IMG/VR virus record: IMGVR_UViG_3300031922_000033
Span: 1 to 39,360 of that record
Length of the DNA stretch: 39,360 nt
From: a virus
Taxonomy: Duplodnaviria > Caudoviricetes
Strand: one strand, 5' to 3'
Part shown: one piece after another, positions 17,016 through 26,371 of the stretch
How positions within the stretch are numbered: the stretch's first letter is position 1
Layout: the number at the start of each line of letters is the position of its first letter
The notes under the pieces: generated by a model
The model's database searches: none
Told to the model about the DNA's origin: nothing
What the model saw: only the letters and a program-made list of their open reading frames with translations
Program-made: the position numbers and the translations under genes

Positions 17016-18453
17016 AGCATTACAGAAAACATGGCGACGACTAGTTGGCGAAACTTCAGTATTACGTGATTGGCGTGCCGGGAACTGGGGTTATCAATTC
17101 TCTAGGCCTTATACGCTTGATTCCAGTCGCGTTGATTATACATTAGCTCGTGAGCTGTATCGGAATGTTAACGATAAATACAAGCTCGGAGCAGCTTTCG
17201 CCAAGCCGGTTATTAATACGACAGCCGGGTTTATGGGCGCTCCTGCGTTTACGTATTCCGACATAGAGGCCGACCAGGTGTTAGAGCAAGCTGCGCAGAA
17301 GTGGACGGGCAAGATTCTGCGCATTAACCGCAACACGCTCCGGGATGGAGATGTGTTTGCGCGAATTGTGCGTGTTCCCGGTAGATTTGACAATAAACAA
17401 ATATTTGATTTGACACTTGTCCCGCCGGAGTGGGTAACGCCGATTATTGATCCATTGACTGGTGCTTGGCAAACGCTGATTATTCGTCATCCGGTCGTTG
17501 TGACTGACAACACCGGTAGGAAGACTGGTGATTACAGCATAATCGAGACGTTGACGCCGCGAGAACGGATTATCGAAGCTGATAGTCGAGCGCCGGCAGA
17601 GCTGCGACAGAGGAACGGAACAGAGCCGAATCCCTGGGGCTTTATTCCGGTGGTACATTTCAGGAATGAGGCTGAGGAAAACCAGCTTTTCGGATGCAGC
17701 GAAATTGAGCCGATAGAACCGTTCATGAAAGCGTATCATGATACGATGTTTAATGCTGTACAGGGCTCGAAGCTGTTCAGCCGACCAAAGACTAAGTTTG
17801 CGCTTAAAGATGTCCAAAAATTCTTGAATGACAACTTTGACGCAGCGGAGATTCAGTCAGGGAAGTTGAAATTCGCAGACAAAGAAATATTTCTGATGCA
17901 GGAGAACGACAATGTGTCGTTCATCACGGCGGACAGCGGACTGTCAGGGATAACGACGTTGTTGAAATTTATTTTCCGCTGTTTGGTTGACGTTTCCGAA
18001 ACCCCTGAATTTGCGTTTGGTACAGCCGTTTCGAGCAGCAAGGCCAGCGTTTCCGAACAGATGGTTCCTCTTGCTAGGAAGATTCGCCGCAAGAGGGGCA
18101 TGTTTGAGGAATATTACGGTGAGCTGGCTGGCATGTTTCTTGCGATGTGGGGCAAAGTTGAAAATCGAAGACTGCAATCTTATGACGTGGATATCTCATG
18201 GGAGGAGTTGTCGCCAAAAGCGGATAGTGAAATCGTGGCAAGTGTAAAAACTTTAGCGGAAGGTCTTGTCACCGCAGTAGAGGGGAATTTAATTTCTTTG
18301 GATTCCGCATCTGAATTTTTACGTGGCTACATCCCAACAATGTTACCATACGTGAACAGTTTAGGAGATGATGAAAGAGGGAAAATTGCAAAATCTCTTC
18401 TTTGGAGAAAAAGGCTAGAAGATGGCGAGGGCTGGCCGGAGGGTGATGAATGA
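17008..18453 (+). CDS. Portal protein
   Basis: 481 aa after terL; NPWGFIPVVHFRN...GCSEI SPP1-like portal motif. Confidence 0.9.
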   Translation: MLEALQKTWRRLVGETSVLRDWRAGNWGYQFSRPYTLDSSRVDYTLARELYRNVNDKYKLGAAFAKPVINTTAGFMGAPAFTYSDIEADQVLEQAAQKWTGKILRINRNTLRDGDVFARIVRVPGRFDNKQIFDLTLVPPEWVTPIIDPLTGAWQTLIIRHPVVVTDNTGRKTGDYSIIETLTPRERIIEADSRAPAELRQRNGTEPNPWGFIPVVHFRNEAEENQLFGCSEIEPIEPFMKAYHDTMFNAVQGSKLFSRPKTKFALKDVQKFLNDNFDAAEIQSGKLKFADKEIFLMQENDNVSFITADSGLSGITTLLKFIFRCLVDVSETPEFAFGTAVSSSKASVSEQMVPLARKIRRKRGMFEEYYGELAGMFLAMWGKVENRRLQSYDVDISWEELSPKADSEIVASVKTLAEGLVTAVEGNLISLDSASEFLRGYIPTMLPYVNSLGDDERGKIAKSLLWRKRLEDGEGWPEGDE

Positions 18454-19952
18454 GCACGGTTGGAAGGCTCTCAGGGAGCGAAGAATACGCTCAATACTTG
18501 TTGCGTGCTAGACGTGAATTTGAGCAAGGTCACGCAGCAACATTACGCCAAGTGCGGGATGTATATCGTCGGGCGGCAGAAGGAATACGTGATGATATTA
18601 CTAAGTTAACGCCGGGAACGTTGCGTCATGCGCATTTAACAGCACTTCAGAAAAACTTGGACGACAGAGCGGCACAGATGAGCAAGGATGTGCTGGCTGC
18701 CACGCATCAAGGCATCTGGATGGCGAGCGGAGCGGGAAGCAAGGGTGTCCAGCAAGTAACACAACATATGCTGGGAGACGCTTTCCCTGAACCGGCAGTC
18801 AAAAGATTGTTCGCCGGAATCAACGAGAGAGCGACATTAGCGATGTTGGCAAGGACACGACGGGACGGTTTGAAGATATCTGACAGGGTGTGGCGTACAA
18901 GCGAAAACGCAAGGAACAACATACGGCGCATCGTAGAAGATGCAGTGGTACGTGGACAAGATTCGAGAAAGACGGCCAGACAAGTACAGCAGTATCTGCA
19001 GCCGGGAGTGTGGAAAGCGCATAAATTAGAGACACGCAGACGATTAGGAGTAGGCACGGACGTCAGCTATCAGGCGATGAGGTTAGCTCGAACTGAGATG
19101 AACAATGCGTTCCATGAGGGTATGATAGCGGCGAATCAGCATAGCCCGGGGTATCGAGGGATATACTGGCGATTAAGTGCAGCGCGAGTGATGCCAATTC
19201 CTGATGTATGTGATGATATGGCTGCGGATTTAAGCCACGGCGAGCCGGGATTCTACCCGAAAGGGAAAGAGCCGGTGAGACCACATCCCCAGTGCTTATG
19301 CCATATTTTGGGAAATTACGAGAATCCCGAACAGTTCGCCGAACGGCTGCGTGGTTGGCAACGAAACCCCAGTTTGCACCCGGATATTGAAAAGTGGTAT
19401 AATGAGGATGCAAGGCGGTTCATGGGACGAACGGTTATAACAATACCGCCCATGATGTCATTAGAACGAGAGATTAACAGGGTCGAAAGGGAAATTGAAG
19501 GGCTGCCACATGAACGCGCATACGCATTGAACAAAGACGGAGATGTAATGCTTTTCAAAGACGGTTCAAAAAGTGAGATTGAGTTTACACGACAAGAGTA
19601 TTTGAAAATAAAAGATTCTGTGTTTACACATAATCATCCAACGGGGGGCGTGTCGTTTTCAGATTCTGACGTAGTAGCTGCAATAATTTTTGATGTGCAG
19701 GAAATGCGAGCCGTAAGCGTCAAACAGCCATATGTGCATCGGCTAATCAGACCACAGACAGGGTGGAATTTGGATCCTGGTGAAGTCCGGGAAAAATATA
19801 AAGAAATAAATCAGGAAATAAGAAAACAGTTTCAGCAAGCAATTAATCTTGGGTTGAAAACAGTAGAAGAAGCAACAAAAGAGACCAATCATGAAATTAT
19901 GACAATACTGGCGCGAGAATTAAATTTGATTTATATCAGGGAGGCGAGATAA
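18450..19952 (+). CDS. MuF/SPP1 gp7-like minor head protein with C-terminal JAB/MPN-like domain
   Basis: RLARTE...DVCD...PHPQCLC MuF motifs; C-terminal ER...FTHNHPTGGVSFSDSD. Confidence 0.85.
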   Translation: MSTVGRLSGSEEYAQYLLRARREFEQGHAATLRQVRDVYRRAAEGIRDDITKLTPGTLRHAHLTALQKNLDDRAAQMSKDVLAATHQGIWMASGAGSKGVQQVTQHMLGDAFPEPAVKRLFAGINERATLAMLARTRRDGLKISDRVWRTSENARNNIRRIVEDAVVRGQDSRKTARQVQQYLQPGVWKAHKLETRRRLGVGTDVSYQAMRLARTEMNNAFHEGMIAANQHSPGYRGIYWRLSAARVMPIPDVCDDMAADLSHGEPGFYPKGKEPVRPHPQCLCHILGNYENPEQFAERLRGWQRNPSLHPDIEKWYNEDARRFMGRTVITIPPMMSLEREINRVEREIEGLPHERAYALNKDGDVMLFKDGSKSEIEFTRQEYLKIKDSVFTHNHPTGGVSFSDSDVVAAIIFDVQEMRAVSVKQPYVHRLIRPQTGWNLDPGEVREKYKEINQEIRKQFQQAINLGLKTVEEATKETNHEIMTILARELNLIYIREAR

Positions 19953-20182
19953 TGAGAACCGCAGACGGTGGTTGGATTTTGGACGATAGAAGCATTGATT
20001 ATCCGATTTTTGGCTTGCAGTGTGTTAACTGCAAGCATTTCAGCATAGAGCCGCCGGAAGATAACATCGGCTCTAAATGCTCGGCTTTCGCTCGAATTCC
20101 GCGTGAGATTCTGGAAGGGAAGCATAACCATACGCAGCCCTTTCCCGGAGACGGAGGAATAAGGTATGAGCCAATTCAATAG
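19952..20182 (+). CDS. Small Cys/His protein, candidate immunity partner of the MuF extension
   Basis: TAATG coupling; CVNCKH...CSAF..IP.EIL.G.HNH..P.PGD.GI.YEP. Confidence 0.7.
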   Translation: MRTADGGWILDDRSIDYPIFGLQCVNCKHFSIEPPEDNIGSKCSAFARIPREILEGKHNHTQPFPGDGGIRYEPIQ

Positions 20183-20432
20183 CGGAGAGCTCCCAAAAGG
20201 CATGACAATACCAGAAGCAGAATCAGAGGCATCGGAAATAAAACAACCGGTGCCTCTTCATTTGGGGCGAGGAAATTATGTAGCAGCAATATATCAAGCA
20301 TTGGGCATATTGCCGGTGGAAATCAGAGTTGACGAGTGCATTATAACCGAGCGGCACGGGCAGGAGCCGGAAGTCCGGCTGGTGCTGCGAATAGTGGGTG
20401 AGAGGGGGATAGCCGATGGCGATAACGATTAA
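20166..20432 (+). CDS. Hypothetical protein
   Basis: Fills the gap between head genes; start uncertain. Confidence 0.5.
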   Translation: MSQFNSGELPKGMTIPEAESEASEIKQPVPLHLGRGNYVAAIYQALGILPVEIRVDECIITERHGQEPEVRLVLRIVGERGIADGDND

Positions 20433-21912
20433 CAATAAAAACGTACCGGGAACTGCATGGAGTGAGATTAATAAGACAGAGCTGCGGAATCGACTGCAGA
20501 CGGCGCTTGAGGAAGGCGTTGCCGGGGTTGCGGATGCTATTCGGGAATGTTATGCGGTTATTCGTGGGGAGACGTTAGAGGATGCCCCATCGGAAAACTG
20601 GGTCATGCCCCACCACAATCTGAATCGCAATAACGTGCTCGTCTTGTTACGCTCTGGGCTAATCGCTGCAGCAGGAGCGCTCGCAGGAGCACGGGCAGAA
20701 CCTGACTTGACAGCCGAACAAAAGCGTCAGGCAGCGAGGCATCTGTTAAGACACTACAGACAGCAGGAAATTAATTTGCAACCCCCACAATCGATCATCG
20801 ATCTGGCCAGGGAAGGCGAGATGACACATTTTGAGGGACGAATAGTTGGCGAAATGCGACCTGCTGATGTACCGCTCGCACCGGGCGTTAATCTGCTTGC
20901 ACTTAAAGCTGCAGATGCCGATCCGATGGAAGTTGTCGTTGAAATCCCGTCAGGCTTGTCAGCTCGGGGCTGGGAATACGGCAAAGTTGTTATACGACAC
21001 TTGGCAGGACAGATCATGCAAAAACCCGTAGCCGGTTATCTAGGTCATCAGAAATCCGAGAACTTGGACTATGAGTTTCCGACACCTGTTACACACTGGG
21101 TTGGGGCAATTTATCGTGATGGCAGCGCGTTTGTCCGCGGCGTTGTGGACAAAGCGGCGTCAGACCTCAAACGGTGGATACGTGCGAATGCTATAAACCA
21201 GGTGAGCATCTACGGATACATGACGACGGAAGAGAGAGATGGTAGAACCCATGTTACCAGCATTGAGCTGTTGAGTATAGATTGGGTGCCCTTGGACCGT
21301 GCAGGGATGAACACCCGGGTTGTAGCGGTAGGAGAAATGAATAACAGAGGGAGGACAGAAACAATGACACTAGCAGAAATTTTTGGCGAATTGCGTAAGT
21401 TGGGCATCAAACCTGCGCAGATACTGGGCGAAATGGGCTGGGATGCAAAGACAGTTGCAAAAGAGATGAACTGGGAATTTGAGAAGATTGCCAGCGAAAT
21501 CGGAAGCGAGCAGTGGAAAAGCGCGGAAGAAGCGCAGGAAGTGTTGGGGGAAGTCCGAGAAGCACTGAAGCTAAACAAGGAATCTAAAAATGCAGATATC
21601 CTCGCAGCGGTCAAAACGGCGCACGAGGCGCAGAGCAAACTTCTGACAGCAGAGCATGACAGGCTGGTGGACAAGGTTATCGGCGAGATGGTATCCACAG
21701 AGCTCGCCAGACCCCTTGTCAAAAGAATGTTGAAGATCGACGCGGCAGCAGACGAAACGGCAATCAAAGCCGCAGTGGGCGAGATGCTCAAGGATGAAAC
21801 ACTAAAAAAGGCATTGGGTGAGATTTTCAAAGATACGTCAATCACACCGAAGTCTGCAGAACGCGGGATTACACATAGTGGCAACTATACAACGAAGAAA
21901 GTTTCGATTTAA
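20416..21912 (+). CDS. Prohead protease/scaffold fusion
   Basis: GYLGH and QVSIYG protease-like motifs, helical C-terminal scaffold with repeated GEM; position before capsid. Confidence 0.75.
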   Translation: MAITINNKNVPGTAWSEINKTELRNRLQTALEEGVAGVADAIRECYAVIRGETLEDAPSENWVMPHHNLNRNNVLVLLRSGLIAAAGALAGARAEPDLTAEQKRQAARHLLRHYRQQEINLQPPQSIIDLAREGEMTHFEGRIVGEMRPADVPLAPGVNLLALKAADADPMEVVVEIPSGLSARGWEYGKVVIRHLAGQIMQKPVAGYLGHQKSENLDYEFPTPVTHWVGAIYRDGSAFVRGVVDKAASDLKRWIRANAINQVSIYGYMTTEERDGRTHVTSIELLSIDWVPLDRAGMNTRVVAVGEMNNRGRTETMTLAEIFGELRKLGIKPAQILGEMGWDAKTVAKEMNWEFEKIASEIGSEQWKSAEEAQEVLGEVREALKLNKESKNADILAAVKTAHEAQSKLLTAEHDRLVDKVIGEMVSTELARPLVKRMLKIDAAADETAIKAAVGEMLKDETLKKALGEIFKDTSITPKSAERGITHSGNYTTKKVSI

Positions 21913-21927
21913 GGGAGGTAGTTTAAG

Positions 21928-22290
21928 ATGGCAGAATTAGGAGTACCGGTAACAATTCACCCGGTGGTCAGAGCAAAAGTTAGCGATGGTAAATCGGTTG
22001 TAGTAACAGCGCCAACAGGCGGGACGGTCGCAGGATTGTTTTATCTGGTTGGGGGCTGGTTTGGAGCTGCATTCGCAACAGTTGCGGCAGGTAGTTTAGC
22101 AGCTCTCAATATCGAGCAGGCAGAGTATGAAAGCACCCAAATCGAGGGGTCATTTACAGCAGGTGTACTCCTGTACTGGAATGCGGGGACAAGTAGGTTT
22201 ACTACGACAGTCGGGACTAACAGACTTGTAGGGCGAGTGATTGAACCAATCACAGGCGGAGTCAGGTTTATTCTTGGGCCGCAGGCATAA
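21928..22290 (+). CDS. Capsid decoration/cement protein (DUF2190-like)
   Basis: 120-aa Gly/Ala/Val-rich protein between scaffold and capsid. Confidence 0.7.
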   Translation: MAELGVPVTIHPVVRAKVSDGKSVVVTAPTGGTVAGLFYLVGGWFGAAFATVAAGSLAALNIEQAEYESTQIEGSFTAGVLLYWNAGTSRFTTTVGTNRLVGRVIEPITGGVRFILGPQA

Positions 22291-22304
22291 GGAGGGATAG
22301 ACAA

Positions 22305-23324
22305 ATGAGAACAATTAGTAAAGAATCACTACTTGCCGCGAGGAGGCAAGGAACCCATGAATACCAAGTCCCGTTTATTCTCAACGGGAAAGTCGAAAAC
22401 GTCGTGAAGAAGATCACCAATGGGGAGATGGAAACATTCCAGCTCTCGAAGCCGATTGGAGAAATGATAACAAGCAGTGGCCTAGAGCAGTTCAAAGACT
22501 TGCTAAGAAAAGTCGTCCTTGATGTTGAGCTAGGCCGGGAGTTTCAGCCGATAATGTATACTCCAATCTACGAGAATATCACAGATGTTAACTTTCCGCG
22601 TGTGATAGATGCAAAGTGGGCACTGCGTGGGAAAGTCGTCTTCACTGAGTGGATGGAGGGAAGAGAAGTTCGATTCGGTACTCTCGAGGTATCTCAAGGG
22701 CCGACAGCTCGGATTCTAACATTTACTGCAGGGTTCGAGTACTCGAAGGAGATTGTCGACTTCAACGAGAGTTTCAGGGTGGAACTACTAAATCGCAGTA
22801 TAGGTGAGGCGCACAATGCATTGCTTAATCACATTCACCTATCTCCGATCTTAACATTCACCTACCCATCTGGGAATAGAACTGCATATATCGCACCTCC
22901 AGCAGGAGAACCTGCATGGGTAGGAGTGCACAATACGATTATAGCCGCTCAGAAAACAGCGACGACAGCAAAGAGGGCTGGTACAGTCTTGCTTGCTAAT
23001 AGCGTGATGAGATCAGAGATCGAGCTTGCACTTGGCGGAGGGCATCTCGTCAATGGAACTCAGTATAGAGCTATTGGTGGGATTGCAACGGTGATCTACT
23101 ACGACGATGAACCCGAATTTGAGTATACAGGAGTCGCAGCAAACAGAGCATATCTGATACGTCCGCGCAGAGGGTTCAAAGAGCTTGTGAAGCAGGACTT
23201 GCGGGTAGAGGCACAGGCAGGTGACTTGAGCCGTCTAGTCGAGGAGCAGATAGTAGCTTATGCACACAGGGGTGTCTTTGCAGCAGTTCAAGAAAATGTT
23301 CAAGAGTTAACAATCACACCATAA
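22305..23324 (+). CDS. Major capsid protein
   Basis: 339 aa, strong RBS, position; HK97-like EG.EV.FG pattern. Confidence 0.8.
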   Translation: MRTISKESLLAARRQGTHEYQVPFILNGKVENVVKKITNGEMETFQLSKPIGEMITSSGLEQFKDLLRKVVLDVELGREFQPIMYTPIYENITDVNFPRVIDAKWALRGKVVFTEWMEGREVRFGTLEVSQGPTARILTFTAGFEYSKEIVDFNESFRVELLNRSIGEAHNALLNHIHLSPILTFTYPSGNRTAYIAPPAGEPAWVGVHNTIIAAQKTATTAKRAGTVLLANSVMRSEIELALGGGHLVNGTQYRAIGGIATVIYYDDEPEFEYTGVAANRAYLIRPRRGFKELVKQDLRVEAQAGDLSRLVEEQIVAYAHRGVFAAVQENVQELTITP

Positions 23325-23339
23325 AGGAGGGATTACGTC

Positions 23340-23699
23340 ATGACGGTAACGCAGGACAGCAGAGAAATATTGCGAGAACTGATTGACGAGACTATCCCGT
23401 TAGGCGGGACTGATGCAGACACGCGTTTTTCGGATTCACAAATTGACGCTATGTTGTCAGCTGCGACTGATATAAATGCAGCCGCAGCTATTGGCTGGCG
23501 ACTAAAAGCTGTAAGGGCTATGTCTGAACGCGGTGGGCTTGAGGGGAGCAAAGCTGGTGACGAGCAACATACGTTTGTATCTTTGGAAGTCTATCGTGAT
23601 CATTGCTTGATGATGGCTAAGATGTACTCAGATATGGTACGAGGGACAGGCTCTAAGGCGCTTGGGTACTGCTTGCCTTCTGTATTGGGGGTGGAGTAA
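23340..23699 (+). CDS. Head-tail adaptor
   Basis: LRELID...FSDSQIDAML...AAAIGW pattern; synteny. Confidence 0.7.
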   Translation: MTVTQDSREILRELIDETIPLGGTDADTRFSDSQIDAMLSAATDINAAAAIGWRLKAVRAMSERGGLEGSKAGDEQHTFVSLEVYRDHCLMMAKMYSDMVRGTGSKALGYCLPSVLGVE

Positions 23700-24091
23700 T
23701 GACTCCTCTCGTAGAATCGCACATAAATGTTCAGAGAAAAGCAAATCAGTTGCTCATCGAAGAGAATTCTGTTGTAATTACGATAGAGAGAACAGCGTTT
23801 GTTCAGAACGCTTCTGGGGGAAGAGATGAGCAGGTGAGCGTACTCCCGTCTTTTCGTGGGCGTATCGTACCATCGAAACAGCAAACGAGAAAAGTTCAGG
23901 ATGAAGCTGGAGAGATGCAAACATCGGCTTGGGTTCTTATCGCGCCTTGGAATGCTGAAGTAAGAGCCGGATCAGGGATCATCGATACGTTTCAAGCCGA
24001 TGGGAGGAATTTTCAGGTCATGCGTGTTATTCCGCGCAGATTTGCAAACCAGATTTACGCCATACACGCAGTACTGGAAGAGGTGAAATAG
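23699..24091 (+). CDS. Head closure protein
   Basis: Synteny, size, beta-rich. Confidence 0.6.
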   Translation: MTPLVESHINVQRKANQLLIEENSVVITIERTAFVQNASGGRDEQVSVLPSFRGRIVPSKQQTRKVQDEAGEMQTSAWVLIAPWNAEVRAGSGIIDTFQADGRNFQVMRVIPRRFANQIYAIHAVLEEVK

Positions 24092-24427
24092 ATGTCCACA
24101 GGTGCGGCAAAAGTCAATAAGAACCTGGACGACTGGGCTGATAGGCAACGAGCGGCGGTGATTATGCTCGCAAAGAACTGGGCAGGACAACTTGAGGGAA
24201 GGGCAAAAGCAAACGCAAAGTGGACAGATAGGACAAGTAACGCTCGGAACGGGCTGTTCGGCTCGACAGGAATTGCAGGGAATGAAGTTCAGATTTATCT
24301 CGGTCATTCAGTCGAGTACGGAATATTTCTGGAATTAGCGAATGATGGGAGATTTGCTATTTTGAAACCGACTCTTGATGCGGCGATACCGGAAATCAAC
24401 AGGGATTATAAGAAATTATGGGAGTAG
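24092..24427 (+). CDS. Neck protein (HK97 gp10-like)
   Basis: WTDRTSNARNGL...VEYGIFLE...ILKPT. Confidence 0.75.
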   Translation: MSTGAAKVNKNLDDWADRQRAAVIMLAKNWAGQLEGRAKANAKWTDRTSNARNGLFGSTGIAGNEVQIYLGHSVEYGIFLELANDGRFAILKPTLDAAIPEINRDYKKLWE

Positions 24428-24433
24428 TGAGAG

Positions 24434-24832
24434 ATGTCTTTACGTCGTGCGATAATTCAACAAATAAAAAATCAGGCTCATGGGCTAGGTGGCAGAGTAT
24501 ATCAGGCGTTTTTAGCGCCGGTTAATACTCAAACACCCTATGCGACTGTAAAATTAGCAACCGAGCGTCAAGCAACGAATATTACGTTTGCAGGATCTCA
24601 AACAGTCGAGATATATCTGTATCGTGGGCTTGACAGTTACGTCAATCTTGACGCTATTCGGCAAGATGTTGTTAAAGCGTTGAACGGTGTGGTTATCACA
24701 GACGTTGAAAGCGGTGCACGGTTTGTCCTTCGTTGGGTTGGGAGCGTAGGAGACGTGGTTGACGAGGAACGAAAACTAATAGGCGCTGTGGTCAGCTTTG
24801 ACGCAGCGATAATACATGAAAGGGGTAGATAA
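24434..24832 (+). CDS. Tail terminator
   Basis: RVY...TPY motif; synteny. Confidence 0.65.
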   Translation: MSLRRAIIQQIKNQAHGLGGRVYQAFLAPVNTQTPYATVKLATERQATNITFAGSQTVEIYLYRGLDSYVNLDAIRQDVVKALNGVVITDVESGARFVLRWVGSVGDVVDEERKLIGAVVSFDAAIIHERGR

Positions 24833-24835
24833 CAA

Positions 24836-25165
24836 ATGTCAGTTTTATTAGCTGTACAGGAAATCACAGGTATGGGGGGAGCACCCGCGTTTGTTGCGGC
24901 GGCTGCGGCAGGTAATCACTTTATCAACGATGGACGGGTGACGTTAGAGTTCGTTAACGCGCACACAGCGCCAATTACAGTCACGATTAATTCAATCGCG
25001 CCATGCAACCAAGGATTCGATCATGATCTTGTGTTTGCTGTGCCTAATGCGACGCGATGGAGAACACCGCCACTTGATCCGGGTAGGTTTAATAACGCAG
25101 CAGGGCATACGTCAATCACATATTCGTTGGTAACAGCGCTGACCGTTGGCGCATTCAGGGCATAA
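24836..25165 (+). CDS. Small virion structural protein
   Basis: 109-aa beta-rich ORF before tail tube. Confidence 0.6.
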   Translation: MSVLLAVQEITGMGGAPAFVAAAAAGNHFINDGRVTLEFVNAHTAPITVTINSIAPCNQGFDHDLVFAVPNATRWRTPPLDPGRFNNAAGHTSITYSLVTALTVGAFRA

Positions 25166-25179
25166 AGGAGGGATAATCA

Positions 25180-25773
25180 ATGGCAACTCAAGTCAGAACA
25201 GGTTACCTGTATGGCTGCCGAGGGTTAGTAATCACACCATTAACGGCAGCAGGGGCGATGCCGGCATCGCCAGCGAGATTTGGTATACGGACGGCACAGA
25301 CAGTGGGTGAAGAGATCACTTATGCCGAAGGCGAGCAATCTCAGCAGCGTGGAGGCGACAGAATACTTGCGGTCAGAGAAGAGGAGGATGTCGTTATCGG
25401 TGCGGCACTTACATTTCGCGATGCAAGGTTCGACGCACGTGCAACGGTTATAATGGCTGGTGGTACGTTGATAGAATCGGGCGGTGTGGTTGTGGGATGG
25501 AGAGCTCCGACGATAGCGGCACAGGGAACGAGGATTCCGTTCATGGCCGAGGTGTTCGTGGAGAACTACCTTGCGAATGGTGTGCTTCATGGGTTTGTTA
25601 GAACTACGTACCCGCTGTGTTTTGGAAGAATTCCTTCTGTCACATATGAAGACCAGGCATGGGCATCTCCTGAATTCGCAATCAGAGTTCGTGAGAATAC
25701 TGCGCTTGCTCCGGCACTGCCAGTTATTAGTAAGGAATTTGTAGACACACTCCCTGTTGAACTTACCGCTTAA
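25180..25773 (+). CDS. Major tail (tube) protein
   Basis: 197 aa, AAGGAGG RBS, precedes chaperones and tape measure. Confidence 0.75.
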   Translation: MATQVRTGYLYGCRGLVITPLTAAGAMPASPARFGIRTAQTVGEEITYAEGEQSQQRGGDRILAVREEEDVVIGAALTFRDARFDARATVIMAGGTLIESGGVVVGWRAPTIAAQGTRIPFMAEVFVENYLANGVLHGFVRTTYPLCFGRIPSVTYEDQAWASPEFAIRVRENTALAPALPVISKEFVDTLPVELTA

Positions 25774-25782
25774 GGAGGAATA

Positions 25783-26202
25783 ATGTCTAAGAAAATAACT
25801 ACGCTGGAAGAAATCAAAGCGCAAACCGAGCCCGAAGTCATTACGATACCGGGCTTTCGGCCTGCTACGACAATTAACGTGCAGATTCGATATGTTGACT
25901 TGACTCCGGCAATTCTGGCAACAAATATCAGCAATCCGCTTTTGGCTTTGGCATATCAAAAAGCGCGGGAAGGCAAGACGGAAGCGGAAATAGCAGCAGA
26001 AATTAATCGCTCAGTACCGGAGAAAGACGCTGAGAAAGTCTTGCAAGCCCTGAATGTCTTGGCGAAACAGGCGCTAGTAAGTCCGACATACGACGAATTA
26101 ACGGCTATTGCGCCTTTAAACGCTGAACAGCTGGCGGCGATCTACCTGTATATGCTGTATGGCGAGCGGGGCGAAGGATTGTCCACGTTTCGTCCTAAGT
26201 GA
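25783..26202 (+). CDS. Tail assembly chaperone (gpG-like)
   Basis: Position between tube and tape measure; ends STFRPK. Confidence 0.75.
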   Translation: MSKKITTLEEIKAQTEPEVITIPGFRPATTINVQIRYVDLTPAILATNISNPLLALAYQKAREGKTEAEIAAEINRSVPEKDAEKVLQALNVLAKQALVSPTYDELTAIAPLNAEQLAAIYLYMLYGERGEGLSTFRPK

Positions 26203-26371
26203 CGGATTTGAACGTTTAGTCGGTGTAGCTACGTTTTACAACTGCAGACCATCAGAGTTTTTCTCTTTATCAGGCTTACAAGCATTTATGCTTGATGAAG
26301 CGGCGGCACATTATACACTGGAAAGACGTAGGCTTGATAACGCGGGAAAGGAGGGCGACAAATGGCCGTAG
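26188..26371 (+). CDS. gpT-like chaperone extension reached by probable +1 frameshift
   Basis: Overlapping +1-frame ORF (…VATFYNCRPSEF…AFMLDEAA) with TTT CGT C at 26188-26194. Confidence 0.65.

Noticed and set aside
21210-21884. Long antisense ORFs (also 25240-25959, 2633-3253, 17281-17817)
   Set aside because: Shadows of well-supported genes on the opposite strand; no RBS or motifs
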